Positions 10,150 through 19,112 of a DNA stretch of 64,000 nucleotides are shown one piece after another; position 1 is the stretch's first letter; every line of letters begins with the position of its first letter. Below the pieces are notes generated by a model. That model saw nothing but the letters and a program-made list of their open reading frames with translations, ran no database searches and was not told where the DNA came from. Source of the DNA: Acidobacteriota bacterium (GTDB taxonomy: Bacteria; Acidobacteriota; Blastocatellia; RBC074); assembly GCA_022072205.1 (NCBI GenBank), contig JAJVID010000004.1, forward strand, positions 10,242 to 74,241. The letters are read 5' to 3'. Made by a program: the position numbers and the translations under genes.

Positions 10150-10779
10150 ATGACGGGGAATACTACAATCCTGGTAGCTGTGATCCTGTTCAGCATAGCT
10201 CTGATCGCCTGGCTGGTTTTGCGCCCGTCAATCACCGCCACGCGCGCCGGCAAGATGCTGGCGTTCGTGGCGCTGCTGATCTTTCCGGTCCTGGCCGGAG
10301 GGATGGGCGTGAGCATGCAGCTTGAACATTCCAAGACGACCCAGTTTTGCCTCTCCTGCCACGTGATGGAGGATTACGGCAAAAGCCTGCGTGTGGACGA
10401 CCGGAGCTTCATTCCGGCGACCCATTTCCAATACAACCTCGTACCGCGCGACCAGGCCTGCTTCACCTGCCACACCGATTACACAATGTTCGGCGACTTC
10501 AACGCCAAGCTGCGCGGGTTGAAGCACGTTTACGCTTACTACGTGGGAACTCCGTCGCAGCCGATCAAACTCTACCAGCCGTATAACAACCGCGAATGCC
10601 TGCATTGCCATCTCGGCGCGCGCGGTTTTGAAGAATCGGAAGCGCACAACAAAGACCCGCAGGCGATGTCACGGATGAAGCTGAACCAACTGAGCTGCTC
10701 GACCAGCGAGTGCCACAACATCGTGCATAACGTCCAGCAGTTGAAAGAAGCTACATTCTGGAAGGAGCCGTCCAAATGA
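10150..10779 (+). CDS. NapC/NirT/CymA-family membrane-anchored tetraheme cytochrome c (quinol dehydrogenase)
   Basis: N-terminal TM anchor (ILVAVILFSIALIAWLVL) and the motifs CLSCH, CFTCH, CLHCH, plus a fourth atypical site CSTSECH (CX4CH). About 200 aa, as in CymA/NapC. GGAGGA RBS. Confidence 0.8.
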   Translation: MTGNTTILVAVILFSIALIAWLVLRPSITATRAGKMLAFVALLIFPVLAGGMGVSMQLEHSKTTQFCLSCHVMEDYGKSLRVDDRSFIPATHFQYNLVPRDQACFTCHTDYTMFGDFNAKLRGLKHVYAYYVGTPSQPIKLYQPYNNRECLHCHLGARGFEESEAHNKDPQAMSRMKLNQLSCSTSECHNIVHNVQQLKEATFWKEPSK

Positions 10780-10988
10780 AATCGCAGCTAACGAAGATCG
10801 AGAAACGAATACGCCTGGCGGGAATCCTGCTGATCGCCGGGTTGCTGGTCGAGCTTGTAACTTTGCGCTGGTCGCACCCGACGGCGTTCCTGTTCTTTCT
10901 GCTGCTGGGCGGAACGCTGATGGCGCTGGGAATCATCATTTACCTCTTCTCGCTCGTCTCAGCCGAAAGCAAACCGGCGCCGGAATGA
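10776..10988 (+). CDS. Small two-TM membrane protein translationally coupled to the CymA-like gene
   Basis: 70 aa with two hydrophobic helices. The start overlaps the upstream stop (ATGA). Confidence 0.35.
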   Translation: MKSQLTKIEKRIRLAGILLIAGLLVELVTLRWSHPTAFLFFLLLGGTLMALGIIIYLFSLVSAESKPAPE

Positions 10989-11116
10989 GCGGAGTAACGG
11001 GTTGACGATTTCTTCCAGCGCGGTCGCTCAACCTATTCTACTTCTGGCGACAGCCCACTTGAGCGGTTGCTGATGATTCCGAACGTCGTTTCTGCTGTCA
11101 TTGAGAAATACCGGAT

Positions 11117-11926
11117 TCACAAAATCCCTTTCGCCAGCCCGTGGCTGGCGATGAAGGTGATGCGGCGGCGCGCGAGCCTGATCAATTCGTCGTGGCTGCA
11201 TGGCATCGCGCGGTACTTGGGCAACAGGCCTGCTGGGCTGCCCGCAGCCGTCCTACCGCTTTCCACCAGCACTGGAATCTCCGCGTGTTCCTGGCTCGCG
11301 CGAAGGTTTTTGAGCAGCGATTCCAGCAGCGCCGGACCGACATCAACCACCGCCAGATCGTGCGCGTCGCGGCTAACGTAGTTCCATTCTTCGGGAAACA
11401 GGGCGCAGGTGATCTCGGCCTCCTGCGGATCGAAGGCCGCCTGCCATTGCGAAATCCGCTCCGCCGAGTCGCTGAGGATGAGCGCGCGCGGCCGGCTGAT
11501 TGCGGCCGGCTCGCGGCCTTGCCGCTTCAAGTTGATGGCCTGATCGAGCGCGAAATGCAACTCATCCAGGTTGATCGGCTTGCCGATGAAATCGTCGGCG
11601 CCGCCGCGCAAAGCCGAGACCGCATTCTCAAACAACGTCTCCGCCGTCACCATAATCACGGCTGTCTGCGGCTGGCGGCGCTTGATCTCGCGCAGCAGAT
11701 CGAGGCCGTAACTGTCGGGCAGGTTAATATCAAGCAACACCGCCGCGGGGCAGGTGGCATCGAGGGTTGCCAGCGCCTCCGCGCCCGTCCCGGCTTCAAT
11801 CGTCTCGTAGCCCGAGCCGCGCAACGCCTCCCCCACCACCAACCGGATCGCCGGCTCATCATCTACGATCAACACTTTGTTCCACGAACGACTGCTCATC
11901 TTTACCACCTTCTCTCCGAAATTCAT
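11117..11926 (-). CDS. Response regulator: receiver domain plus a C-terminal receiver-like/unknown domain
   Basis: [63 protein letters not shown] is a paralogue of the NtrC-like receiver at 4300..5751. The start ATG at 11926-11924 overlaps the upstream Usp stop (ATGA). There is no DNA-binding output domain. Confidence 0.75.
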   Translation of the reverse strand: MNFGEKVVKMSSRSWNKVLIVDDEPAIRLVVGEALRGSGYETIEAGTGAEALATLDATCPAAVLLDINLPDSYGLDLLREIKRRQPQTAVIMVTAETLFENAVSALRGGADDFIGKPINLDELHFALDQAINLKRQGREPAAISRPRALILSDSAERISQWQAAFDPQEAEITCALFPEEWNYVSRDAHDLAVVDVGPALLESLLKNLRASQEHAEIPVLVESGRTAAGSPAGLLPKYRAMPCSHDELIRLARRRITFIASHGLAKGIL

Positions 11927-12795
11927 TTCCGTTCGCGCGCCACTTCGACCGAACAATGCGCGCGCGCGGCTACAGCGGAGGAAACGCTGCCGATCAGAAA
12001 GCGTTCGAGCCGGCCCATTCCTTTCGCGCCGGCGAAGATGCAATCGGCGCCCCAGCTTTCAGCTTCGGCCACCAGCAATCGCTTCGGGTCTTCTTCTTTC
12101 ACCACTACGGCGGTCTTCAACCCGGCGGCGTTGAGCCGGCTGACGGCTTCGTCAATCATCTTTTGGACTCTGGCCTTTTCTTCGGTGATCCATTGGGTGA
12201 TCGGGCCGACCATGTGTTGTGAAGTGAGTTGAGGCATCGCCCACGTGGCGTTGACGATGCGGACTTCGCTTCCCGCCGGCCATTTGCGCGCGGCGACGGT
12301 GGCCACCGCCGCTTCAGCGCCTTTCGATCCATCAACGCCGACGATCAACCGGACTGGCGTATCGGGTTCTTCGACGCGGCCACGCGCCACGCGCACCGAA
12401 CAATGCGCCTCGTGCAACACTCTCTGCGAGACGCTGCCGAAAAAGAACTGTCCGAGCGCCGTTCGCCCGTGCGATCCGACGACGATCAGATCGGCTCCCC
12501 ACTCATCGGCCTTCTCGATGATCACCGTAGCCGGAGAGCCTGCGCCCAATTCGGACTTCACGTCCCAGCCCGGCTCCATCGAACCCAAACGCAGGCCGCC
12601 ACGCCGCGACAGCGCCAGAAACTCCTCATCTCTGCCAATGTGTTCGACAAGCTCAAGCCCGGACGGCGGCGGCAGCCAGTTTTCGAGAACCGACAGAACT
12701 TTGATCTGCGCATTTGCAGGCAGCCCCGCTCTTCGCAAATCGTCCAGCGCGGCGTCGGCGCATTCCGAGCCATCGTAAGCAACCAGGATTTTCAT
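11923..12795 (-). CDS. Tandem universal stress protein (two UspA domains)
   Basis: MKILVAYDGSECADAAL... with ...VVGSHGRTALGQFFFGSVSQRVLHEAHCSVRVAR, and a second ...IVGVDGSKGAEAA... with ...GAKGMGRLERFLIGSVSSAVAARAHCSVEVAR. Confidence 0.85.
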   Translation of the reverse strand: MKILVAYDGSECADAALDDLRRAGLPANAQIKVLSVLENWLPPPSGLELVEHIGRDEEFLALSRRGGLRLGSMEPGWDVKSELGAGSPATVIIEKADEWGADLIVVGSHGRTALGQFFFGSVSQRVLHEAHCSVRVARGRVEEPDTPVRLIVGVDGSKGAEAAVATVAARKWPAGSEVRIVNATWAMPQLTSQHMVGPITQWITEEKARVQKMIDEAVSRLNAAGLKTAVVVKEEDPKRLLVAEAESWGADCIFAGAKGMGRLERFLIGSVSSAVAARAHCSVEVARERK

Positions 12796-12846
12796 ACCAG
12801 CCCCCCTTGTTGTTGCAGCCGCCAAATCGGTTGCGATTCGGCTCGC

Positions 12847-13197
12847 TCAATCTCCGGCTTTGCCTTCGCAGACCACACAACGTGCGGCGTAGGGCAACGC
12901 CTCAAGACGTTTGGGCGAGATCGGACCGCCGCAGACTTCGCAGACGCCGTATTCGCCTTTGTCCAGCCGCGCCAGCGTTTTTTCGATCTGCGCCATCTCG
13001 GCGCGGATCGAACGGTCGAGAGCGGCGAGCACTTCATCGTTTTCGCGCTCCACCGCCTGCTCTTCAAAATCGGCGTCGAGCGGTTTGTTGGCGCGACGAG
13101 AGTCGCTGGTGATTTTTTCCAGACGGCCTCGTATCTCCGCGTATCGCTCCGCCAGTTTCTGTCGAACAGCCAATTGTTGTTTCACAACTGCCTCCAT
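12847..13197 (-). CDS. DksA/TraR-family C4 zinc-finger protein
   Basis: Coiled-coil N-terminus and C-terminal CEVCGGPISPKRLEALPYAARCVVCEG. The start is probably MEAVVKQQ at 13197. Confidence 0.75.
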   Translation of the reverse strand: MEAVVKQQLAVRQKLAERYAEIRGRLEKITSDSRRANKPLDADFEEQAVERENDEVLAALDRSIRAEMAQIEKTLARLDKGEYGVCEVCGGPISPKRLEALPYAARCVVCEGKAGD

Positions 13198-13219
13198 CAA
13201 CACTTTGAAGCCCGGATGA

Positions 13220-13483
13220 TCAGACCGCCGGTCGCCAAACGACCGATTCCGGCTGCGACGCCTGATGGTCGCTGTAAGCCGGCACGGCCAGAACCGGGCA
13301 TTTCGCATTTCGGACTATTCGCTCGGTCGTGCTGCCGCGCAGCGCGTCCAGAAAACCTTGATGCCCTTGCGTAGCCATCACGATGAGATCGGCGCGGCAT
13401 TCGTCCGCCGCATGCAGAATCTGCCGCTCGACGTCCCCTTGTTTGTAGGTCTTGCTCCACCGCCACATCTCGCGTTCGGCCAT
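13220..13483 (-). pseudogene. Universal stress protein C-terminal fragment (truncated Usp)
   Basis: The 87-aa ORF matches only the C-terminal half of a Usp domain (ADLIVMATQGHQGFLDALRGSTTERIVRNAKCPVLAV). No N-terminal half is found in any frame upstream. Confidence 0.45.
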
Positions 13484-13963
13484 AATGAAACCAAACCTGT
13501 GAGTCTGTTTGCGGCATTGTTTTCACCTCAACCCCAGCGCAGCGATTCTATAGTTGCGATCGAATGAAACGGCAACCTGTGTGCCATTGAGATGATCAAC
13601 GCCAAACCCCGACTTACGACGCGCAAACCTCCGGGCGTCGCGTAAAGTTCCCCGGTTGGCGGCGCCTGATCGCGCAAAAACACACCGTGCGCGCGCGCTG
13701 GCTGGATTTTCATCCGCGTAAGGCGCAAAACCCGTCGGTTGCGCGGCGTCATAGGCAATCCCCATTTTGCCGAGTATGACAAGCCGCAAACGAAGCGCGC
13801 TGCGTGAAATTGCGCGAGAGATCGGGCCGGGCGCGGAAAATACCGCGATCAGTGAGCCATGACCGACCGCACATTCGCCACGAAATATGGGTCGTAGGCT
13901 GCCTGCTCTGCCTGGCTTGCAAGTTGCAGCGCAGCGACACAGACTCACTCAGGGAGAAAGAGC

Positions 13964-14956
13964 ATGAACGGCAAGAGAGTGGAGATGAAACGCATTGCGG
14001 CGCTGACGAGCGGAGGCGACGCTTCGGGGATGAATGCGGCGATCAGAGCCGTTGTGCGCACCGGACTGGATCGCGGCTGGGAAGTTTTCGGCGTCCGGCA
14101 GGGTTACGCGGGACTGATCGCTGGCGATTTCGTGTCGCTTGGAGTTCGCGATGTCGGCGGCGTCATCCAGCGTGGCGGCACAATGCTCGGAAGTTCGCGC
14201 TGTCCGGAGTTCAAAAACGAAGAGTCGAGAGAGAAGGCGCTCGATCAGCTTCGGCGCCGCGCCATCTCAGGTCTGGTGGTGATCGGCGGCAACGGATCGC
14301 AGGCCGGATCGCACGCGCTCTGGCAAATGGGCTTCCCGGTCGTCGGCGTGGCCTCGACGATTGACAACGATCTGTATGGATCGGAGATCACCATCGGCGT
14401 TGACACCGCGCTCAACATCGCGCTCGAAGCCATTGACCGTTTGAAAGTCACCGCCTCGTCGCATCAACGCGCCTTCCTGGTCGAGACGATGGGACGCGAT
14501 TGCGGTTACCTGGCTTTGATGGCGGGAATCGCCGGTGGGGCCGAGGCCGTTGTCATCCCGGAGGTCGAGACGGACCCGGAATTCCTCGCCTCCGAATTGC
14601 GCCTGGCTTACGATCGTGGCAAAGCGCACGCGATTGTCGTAGTGGCCGAAGGCGCAAAATACAACGCTGAAGAACTGGCGCGGTACTTCAAAGAGCACCG
14701 CGCGCGATTGGGCTTCGACCTGCGGGTGACCACGCTGGGACACGTTCAACGGGGCGGCGCTCCGGGCGCCTTCGACCGGTTGCTGGCTACGAGATTGGCG
14801 GCGGCGGCGACCGAACGCCTGGCGCGCGGCGAATACGGCGTACTGGTGGGATTACTCGACGGCAAAATCGCCGCGACCCCGCTCGATGAAGTCGTGGCCA
14901 ACCGGAAAACGCTCGATCCCGGCCTGCTGGAATTGGCCGGGATATTGGCGAAGTAA
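13964..14956 (+). CDS. pfkA: ATP-dependent 6-phosphofructokinase
   Basis: MKRIAALTSGGDASGMNAAIRAVV... and GGNGS are canonical PfkA motifs. The start may be the ATG at 13985. Confidence 0.9.
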   Translation: MNGKRVEMKRIAALTSGGDASGMNAAIRAVVRTGLDRGWEVFGVRQGYAGLIAGDFVSLGVRDVGGVIQRGGTMLGSSRCPEFKNEESREKALDQLRRRAISGLVVIGGNGSQAGSHALWQMGFPVVGVASTIDNDLYGSEITIGVDTALNIALEAIDRLKVTASSHQRAFLVETMGRDCGYLALMAGIAGGAEAVVIPEVETDPEFLASELRLAYDRGKAHAIVVVAEGAKYNAEELARYFKEHRARLGFDLRVTTLGHVQRGGAPGAFDRLLATRLAAAATERLARGEYGVLVGLLDGKIAATPLDEVVANRKTLDPGLLELAGILAK

Positions 14957-15023
14957 AAATTCGAAGCATACTGCGGACGGCCACCATTTGAGCTTCTCTG
15001 CAGAGGAAGAAACGAGAGAATAC

Positions 15024-15089
15024 GGAACAGACGGAAATAACGGAACGGACGGAAAGTTCAAAAGAAAGGTTCTTTTCCGTCTGTTCCGT
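15024..15089. terminator. Stem-loop downstream of pfkA (GGAACAGACGGAAA...TTTCCGTCTGTTCC)
   Basis: Inverted repeat seen directly between convergent pfkA and hsp20. There is no clear U-tract, as expected in a high-GC genome. Confidence 0.4.
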
Positions 15090-15121
15090 CAGGTCGTGTC
15101 CGATGATAAACGGCTGAGATT

Positions 15122-15159
15122 ATCCGGCCGCAGCTTTCACACAAATGCCGCGGCCGGAT
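15122..15159. terminator. Stem-loop downstream of hsp20 (ATCCGGCCGC...GCGGCCGGAT)
   Basis: Perfect 10-bp GC-rich inverted repeat between convergent genes. Confidence 0.4.
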
Positions 15160-15226
15160 AAATACGGGAGGCGTATTCCCCCAATACAACTCCCGCAAAA
15201 CTCCAGCAAAGCTCCGGCCTCAAACC

Positions 15227-15712
15227 TTATTTCACCTTCACCTCAATCTGCTTCGGCTTCGACTCTTCGCGCTTCGGCATGGTCACGCGCAACATACCGT
15301 CCTTGAACTCGGCGTTGATCTTGCTCGTGTCCACGAAGCTCGGCAGCGTGAAGCTGCGGGTGAAATCGCCATAGCGGCGTTCGAGCCGGTGATAGTTCTC
15401 GCGCTTGGTCTCTTCGGAGAATTTGCGCTCGCCGTGAATCGTCAGGATATTGTTTTCAACCGAGACCTTCACGTCTTCCTTCTTCACTTCGGGCAATTCG
15501 GCCTTGACCACAATCTCGTTGTCGGTCTCGTAGATGTCGCAGGCCGGCGACCACGCCGCGAGCGACCAGTTTTCCTCTCCGAATCTTGCGAAAGGATCGA
15601 GGCCTTCTCCGAAAAAGCGCCTCATCTGCTCCCCGAAGTTGCGGAAAGGATCGAAGATCAACCCTTCACGGGAACCCGAAGGAGCCAGCGCTGCGCCTGA
15701 TTTATTTGCCAT
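15227..15712 (-). CDS. Hsp20/alpha-crystallin family small heat-shock protein
   Basis: Alpha-crystallin domain: [39 protein letters not shown]...[11 protein letters not shown]. Confidence 0.9.
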   Translation of the reverse strand: MANKSGAALAPSGSREGLIFDPFRNFGEQMRRFFGEGLDPFARFGEENWSLAAWSPACDIYETDNEIVVKAELPEVKKEDVKVSVENNILTIHGERKFSEETKRENYHRLERRYGDFTRSFTLPSFVDTSKINAEFKDGMLRVTMPKREESKPKQIEVKVK

Positions 15713-16127
15713 AACTTTTACCTCCGTTTCTTGTGATGATATTCATTCCACCAAATGGAAAAGCAAGCTTTGTGCCGCCGGAAATGATTGATCGAAGGCT
15801 TTCATTATCAGGGTTTTTCGTAATCGAAGAGGGAATGAGCCGGCTCCGGAGCGGGCGTTTTTCCCCTTCGCTCCGGGTAACTTCACGCAGAGCGATGGTG
15901 ATCAACTATGTCTGTTTCCCATCTGCGTCTGTTCAACATTGATGGCGCGAGGCGAGATATTCAACGCGCCCACCCAGCGACGAGAGTTTCTGATAATCAG
16001 TCTCAGGAACCGCCACGCCCAGCTCCTTATCCAACGCGATCACGAAATTGAGAAAGTCCATTTTAGATATCAGGGCAATCACTACTCCACGCCACACATT
16101 GCCGGATTTTCCACTACTGCCTCCTGA

Positions 16128-16514
16128 TCACCATTGACGAAACATTTTGTACAGGCCGCGCGCCAGCAGAAGCCCGGTCAAACCTCCGGCAATCACCAGC
16201 GGAACGAAGGTGATAGGGTCTCTGATCGCTCGGAACCTCGATGAACCCTCTTTCAACTCAATATAACCCGCTGGGTGAACGATCATACCGCCGCCACCAC
16301 CGCCGCCTTCCTCTCCGTTGCGTTTGCCCATGCCACCGCCAAATCCATAACGCAGTTTCGCCACGGGAATGATCACCACGCCATCGTGTTCAATCGGCTC
16401 GCCGTAGATCAGCTTCGCGGCGACAATAGTTTTGAACATCTCAGCCAGTCTTTCTGTCAGGGAATTGCTCCCTTCTTTTTGTACTTGAATTTCCTTCTCA
16501 AACATCTCAGTCAT
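16128..16514 (-). CDS. GerW/YtfJ-family protein (Gly-rich loop GFGGGMG...GGGGGGG)
   Basis: 128 aa with conserved PVAKLRYGFGGG and a glycine-rich stretch, resembling the sporulation-protein YtfJ/GerW family as found in non-sporulators. Confidence 0.5.
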   Translation of the reverse strand: MTEMFEKEIQVQKEGSNSLTERLAEMFKTIVAAKLIYGEPIEHDGVVIIPVAKLRYGFGGGMGKRNGEEGGGGGGGMIVHPAGYIELKEGSSRFRAIRDPITFVPLVIAGGLTGLLLARGLYKMFRQW

Positions 16515-16662
16515 CTCCTTCGGGCAATCTGTCGAGTTCGCCGCGCGCTTTATCTCAGGTGAAAGCGGCCCGCGCCTGTTCGTAATCAGACATGTTCAGC
16601 GTCACGCTGAGGCCATACGACGATTTGACGATTGTCTCCCAAGACATATAACTCTCCTTCAA

Positions 16663-18285
16663 TCACGGCGAGGAGCGCGGCTCAGTCTCCCGCTGGCGCA
16701 GCCATCCGGTCACGGCTCTGACCGTAGCCGGTAAACTGCCGCTGGTGTCGAGCGCCAAGCCATTGCCTCCTGATTCGTCGCAAAGTGGGGCGCTCTCTTC
16801 GCGCTGTCGCAGGTAGATTTCCCAGTTGGCGTCTGAAACTCCTTCTTTCTTCGCCACACGCTCCTCAAGCCGTTTGTGAACCAGCTCCGGCGGCAGACGG
16901 CATTCGATCAGCCGCCACTGGGCCCCGGCGGCCATCGTCATCTCTCGCGCTACAATTCGGTCTTCGTCGCGCAAGAAAGTCGCGTCGAGAATTACCCCCC
17001 GATCTTCACCGAGCAGCTCGCGCCCGCGCTCGATCATCGTCCGGTATGTGAGGCAATCCGCTTCGGCGCCGTAAGCTCCCTCGCCGTAAGGAGCCGGTTG
17101 TTTGGCTTCGCCGAAAAGCGACTGGCGGACGACATCGGTCGAGACTACGCGCAAGCCGAGTTCACCAGCGATAGCGCGCGCAAGAGCAGTCTTGCCCGTA
17201 CCTGAAAGCCCTCCAACCGCAATAACCGTTGGCTTTCGCAATCTCGTTGCATATCGCCGCGCCAGATCGAAAAAGTTTCCAGCCCGCGTGGCCGCGATGC
17301 GGCGCTCTTCTTCGCTGAACTCTGGTTCATTCAATCTGAAGCTGAGCGCCTTGCCGCGCACATAGGCGCGATAGCAGCGGTAAAAAGGCAGCAACGTGAA
17401 AAAGTCTCTGTCTTCGGTCCGCCGCCGGTACGCTTCAGTGAAGAAGTAACCGAGATCGGGTCTGCCACGCGCGTCCAGGTCCATCGCCAGGAACGCCGCT
17501 TCGCTCGCCACGTCGCCGCAGCGGAAGCGGTCATTGAATTCGATGCAATCGTAAATGCAGATCACGTCATCCTTGACGCAGACGCTTTCGCAGCGCACGT
17601 CGCCGTGTCCGTCAACGATCCGGCCTTCGCGCGCGCGGCGATCGAATAGCTCGGCTCTCGTTTCAAACCATTCATTCACCCACGAGCGAATCGCCTCATA
17701 CGCTGAATCGCTGATTGTGCGACCGATGAAGGGCGCGGTCTGCGTGAAGTTCTCTTCCCAGTTGTGGCGAATTTCCGCGAGGCTACCCCACTTCGCGATT
17801 TCATCTCCGCGCCCTGCCGTGCGGTGAAATTCACAGAGACGAGCGGCGACGCGGTCAATGATTGTCTCGGTGACAGTGTTGTTTGCGACCATCCGGTCGA
17901 GCATTCCCTCTTCGGGGAGCCGTTTCATCCAGACGCAGTAATCAACGATCTTTCCGCGCCGGCCTGAAAACCGAATTTGCCCGTCAACCTCAACACAGGC
18001 GCCGAGGCCGAGGTAAGTATCCGGGCACAACCGGCGGTTGAGCCGGATCTCGTCCTCGCAAGCCCTCAATCGCTTCTTCAGCGTGGTGTAATCGAGAAAG
18101 CCGAAATCCACGGGCTTTTTCAGCTTGATGACGTAATTGCGACTCAGCAGCAGGACGGAGATGTGCGTCTGCTTCATTTCAATCGGCAGCTCGTCCGCCG
18201 GCCATTCCGGCGCGTGGCGCAACTGTCCGACCATCTTCAGCCACGAGGCCAGGTCTGTTTTTTCTTCCGGTTCGACTGCTTTCAC
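16663..18285 (-). CDS. Phosphotransferase (APH/choline-kinase-like) fused to a P-loop ATPase domain ('bifunctional aminoglycoside phosphotransferase/ATP-binding protein' family)
   Basis: N-terminal kinase-like region (HGDVRCESVCV, IYDCIEFNDRFR) and C-terminal Walker A GGLSGTGKTALARAIAGELGL. Confidence 0.65.
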   Translation of the reverse strand: MKAVEPEEKTDLASWLKMVGQLRHAPEWPADELPIEMKQTHISVLLLSRNYVIKLKKPVDFGFLDYTTLKKRLRACEDEIRLNRRLCPDTYLGLGACVEVDGQIRFSGRRGKIVDYCVWMKRLPEEGMLDRMVANNTVTETIIDRVAARLCEFHRTAGRGDEIAKWGSLAEIRHNWEENFTQTAPFIGRTISDSAYEAIRSWVNEWFETRAELFDRRAREGRIVDGHGDVRCESVCVKDDVICIYDCIEFNDRFRCGDVASEAAFLAMDLDARGRPDLGYFFTEAYRRRTEDRDFFTLLPFYRCYRAYVRGKALSFRLNEPEFSEEERRIAATRAGNFFDLARRYATRLRKPTVIAVGGLSGTGKTALARAIAGELGLRVVSTDVVRQSLFGEAKQPAPYGEGAYGAEADCLTYRTMIERGRELLGEDRGVILDATFLRDEDRIVAREMTMAAGAQWRLIECRLPPELVHKRLEERVAKKEGVSDANWEIYLRQREESAPLCDESGGNGLALDTSGSLPATVRAVTGWLRQRETEPRSSP

Positions 18286-18302
18286 CTTGATTGAACTCCG
18301 TG

Positions 18303-19112
18303 CTATTCAGCGCCGAGCCGTTTCCGCAACGCCTCTTTGACCTTCACACCTCTGAAGTAAGCCTCATCGGCCTGTTTGCGCACGCTTTCGAGATTGAACG
18401 CGTGCCATTTCACCCGGGCTTCGCCGAGCGTCTCTTCCGCGAGCTTGAGGTCATTCTCTTCCACGCCGAGCGGCCAATTCCGCCTCCGACCTTCGGCCAA
18501 CAGGAGCCGCGCCCAATTGACCACGGCGTCGGCGCGTTGCAGCGCCAGCATCGTCTCTTTGGCGCGCGCAGGGATTTCAGGCCGCGGCTGGATGAAGTTG
18601 ATCGAGTCGTGGCACTGGGCGCAGAGGTTGGCGGTTTCGGTCGGCGAGTAGATCACCTTCGTCGCCATATGCTCGTGGCAGGTGTTGCAGCTCGGACCCA
18701 GGCCGATGCCTTTCAGCCGCTGGTAATGCGCGCTCTGCACGAACGAACTCACGACGTTTTGATGACAGGCGTTGCAGGTCTCGGGCTGATTCTTCCAGTG
18801 AAGGCGGCTCTGCGGATTCGACGAGCGCAGGACGCCGACGTGCGCCTTCTCTTTGTCTTTCGCGGACGGTTCACCGCCATGACATTTCTCGCAACTGACG
18901 CCGCGCTCTTCGTGGCTCGAAAGCTGCCATTCCAGGTAACGGCTGCTTACGCCGAGCGGCTCGAGCAACTGCGAATGGCAGTTGACGCAGTTGTTGTTTT
19001 TGTACGAGGGCTTGGGCTGCTGCGCCGCGCCGATCTGATTCGCGCTCACAAACCAGAACATTCCAGCGGCCAACAGCAAGGTCAGCAAACATAGTTTTCT
19101 TCGGCGGTTCAT
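18303..19112 (-). CDS. Membrane-anchored pentaheme c-type cytochrome
   Basis: N-terminal TM/signal-anchor and five CXXCH motifs: CVNCH, CEKCH, CNACH, CNTCH, CAQCH. It sits 18 nt upstream of the phosphotransferase gene. Confidence 0.8.
   Translation of the reverse strand: MNRRRKLCLLTLLLAAGMFWFVSANQIGAAQQPKPSYKNNNCVNCHSQLLEPLGVSSRYLEWQLSSHEERGVSCEKCHGGEPSAKDKEKAHVGVLRSSNPQSRLHWKNQPETCNACHQNVVSSFVQSAHYQRLKGIGLGPSCNTCHEHMATKVIYSPTETANLCAQCHDSINFIQPRPEIPARAKETMLALQRADAVVNWARLLLAEGRRRNWPLGVEENDLKLAEETLGEARVKWHAFNLESVRKQADEAYFRGVKVKEALRKRLGAE

Noticed and set aside
11067-11381. 104-aa plus-strand ORF and the long N-terminal extension (to 12043) of the response regulator ORF
   Set aside because: The plus ORF is antisense to the regulator. 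The extension upstream of M40 overlaps the Usp gene; the ATGA-coupled start at 11926 is far more plausible.
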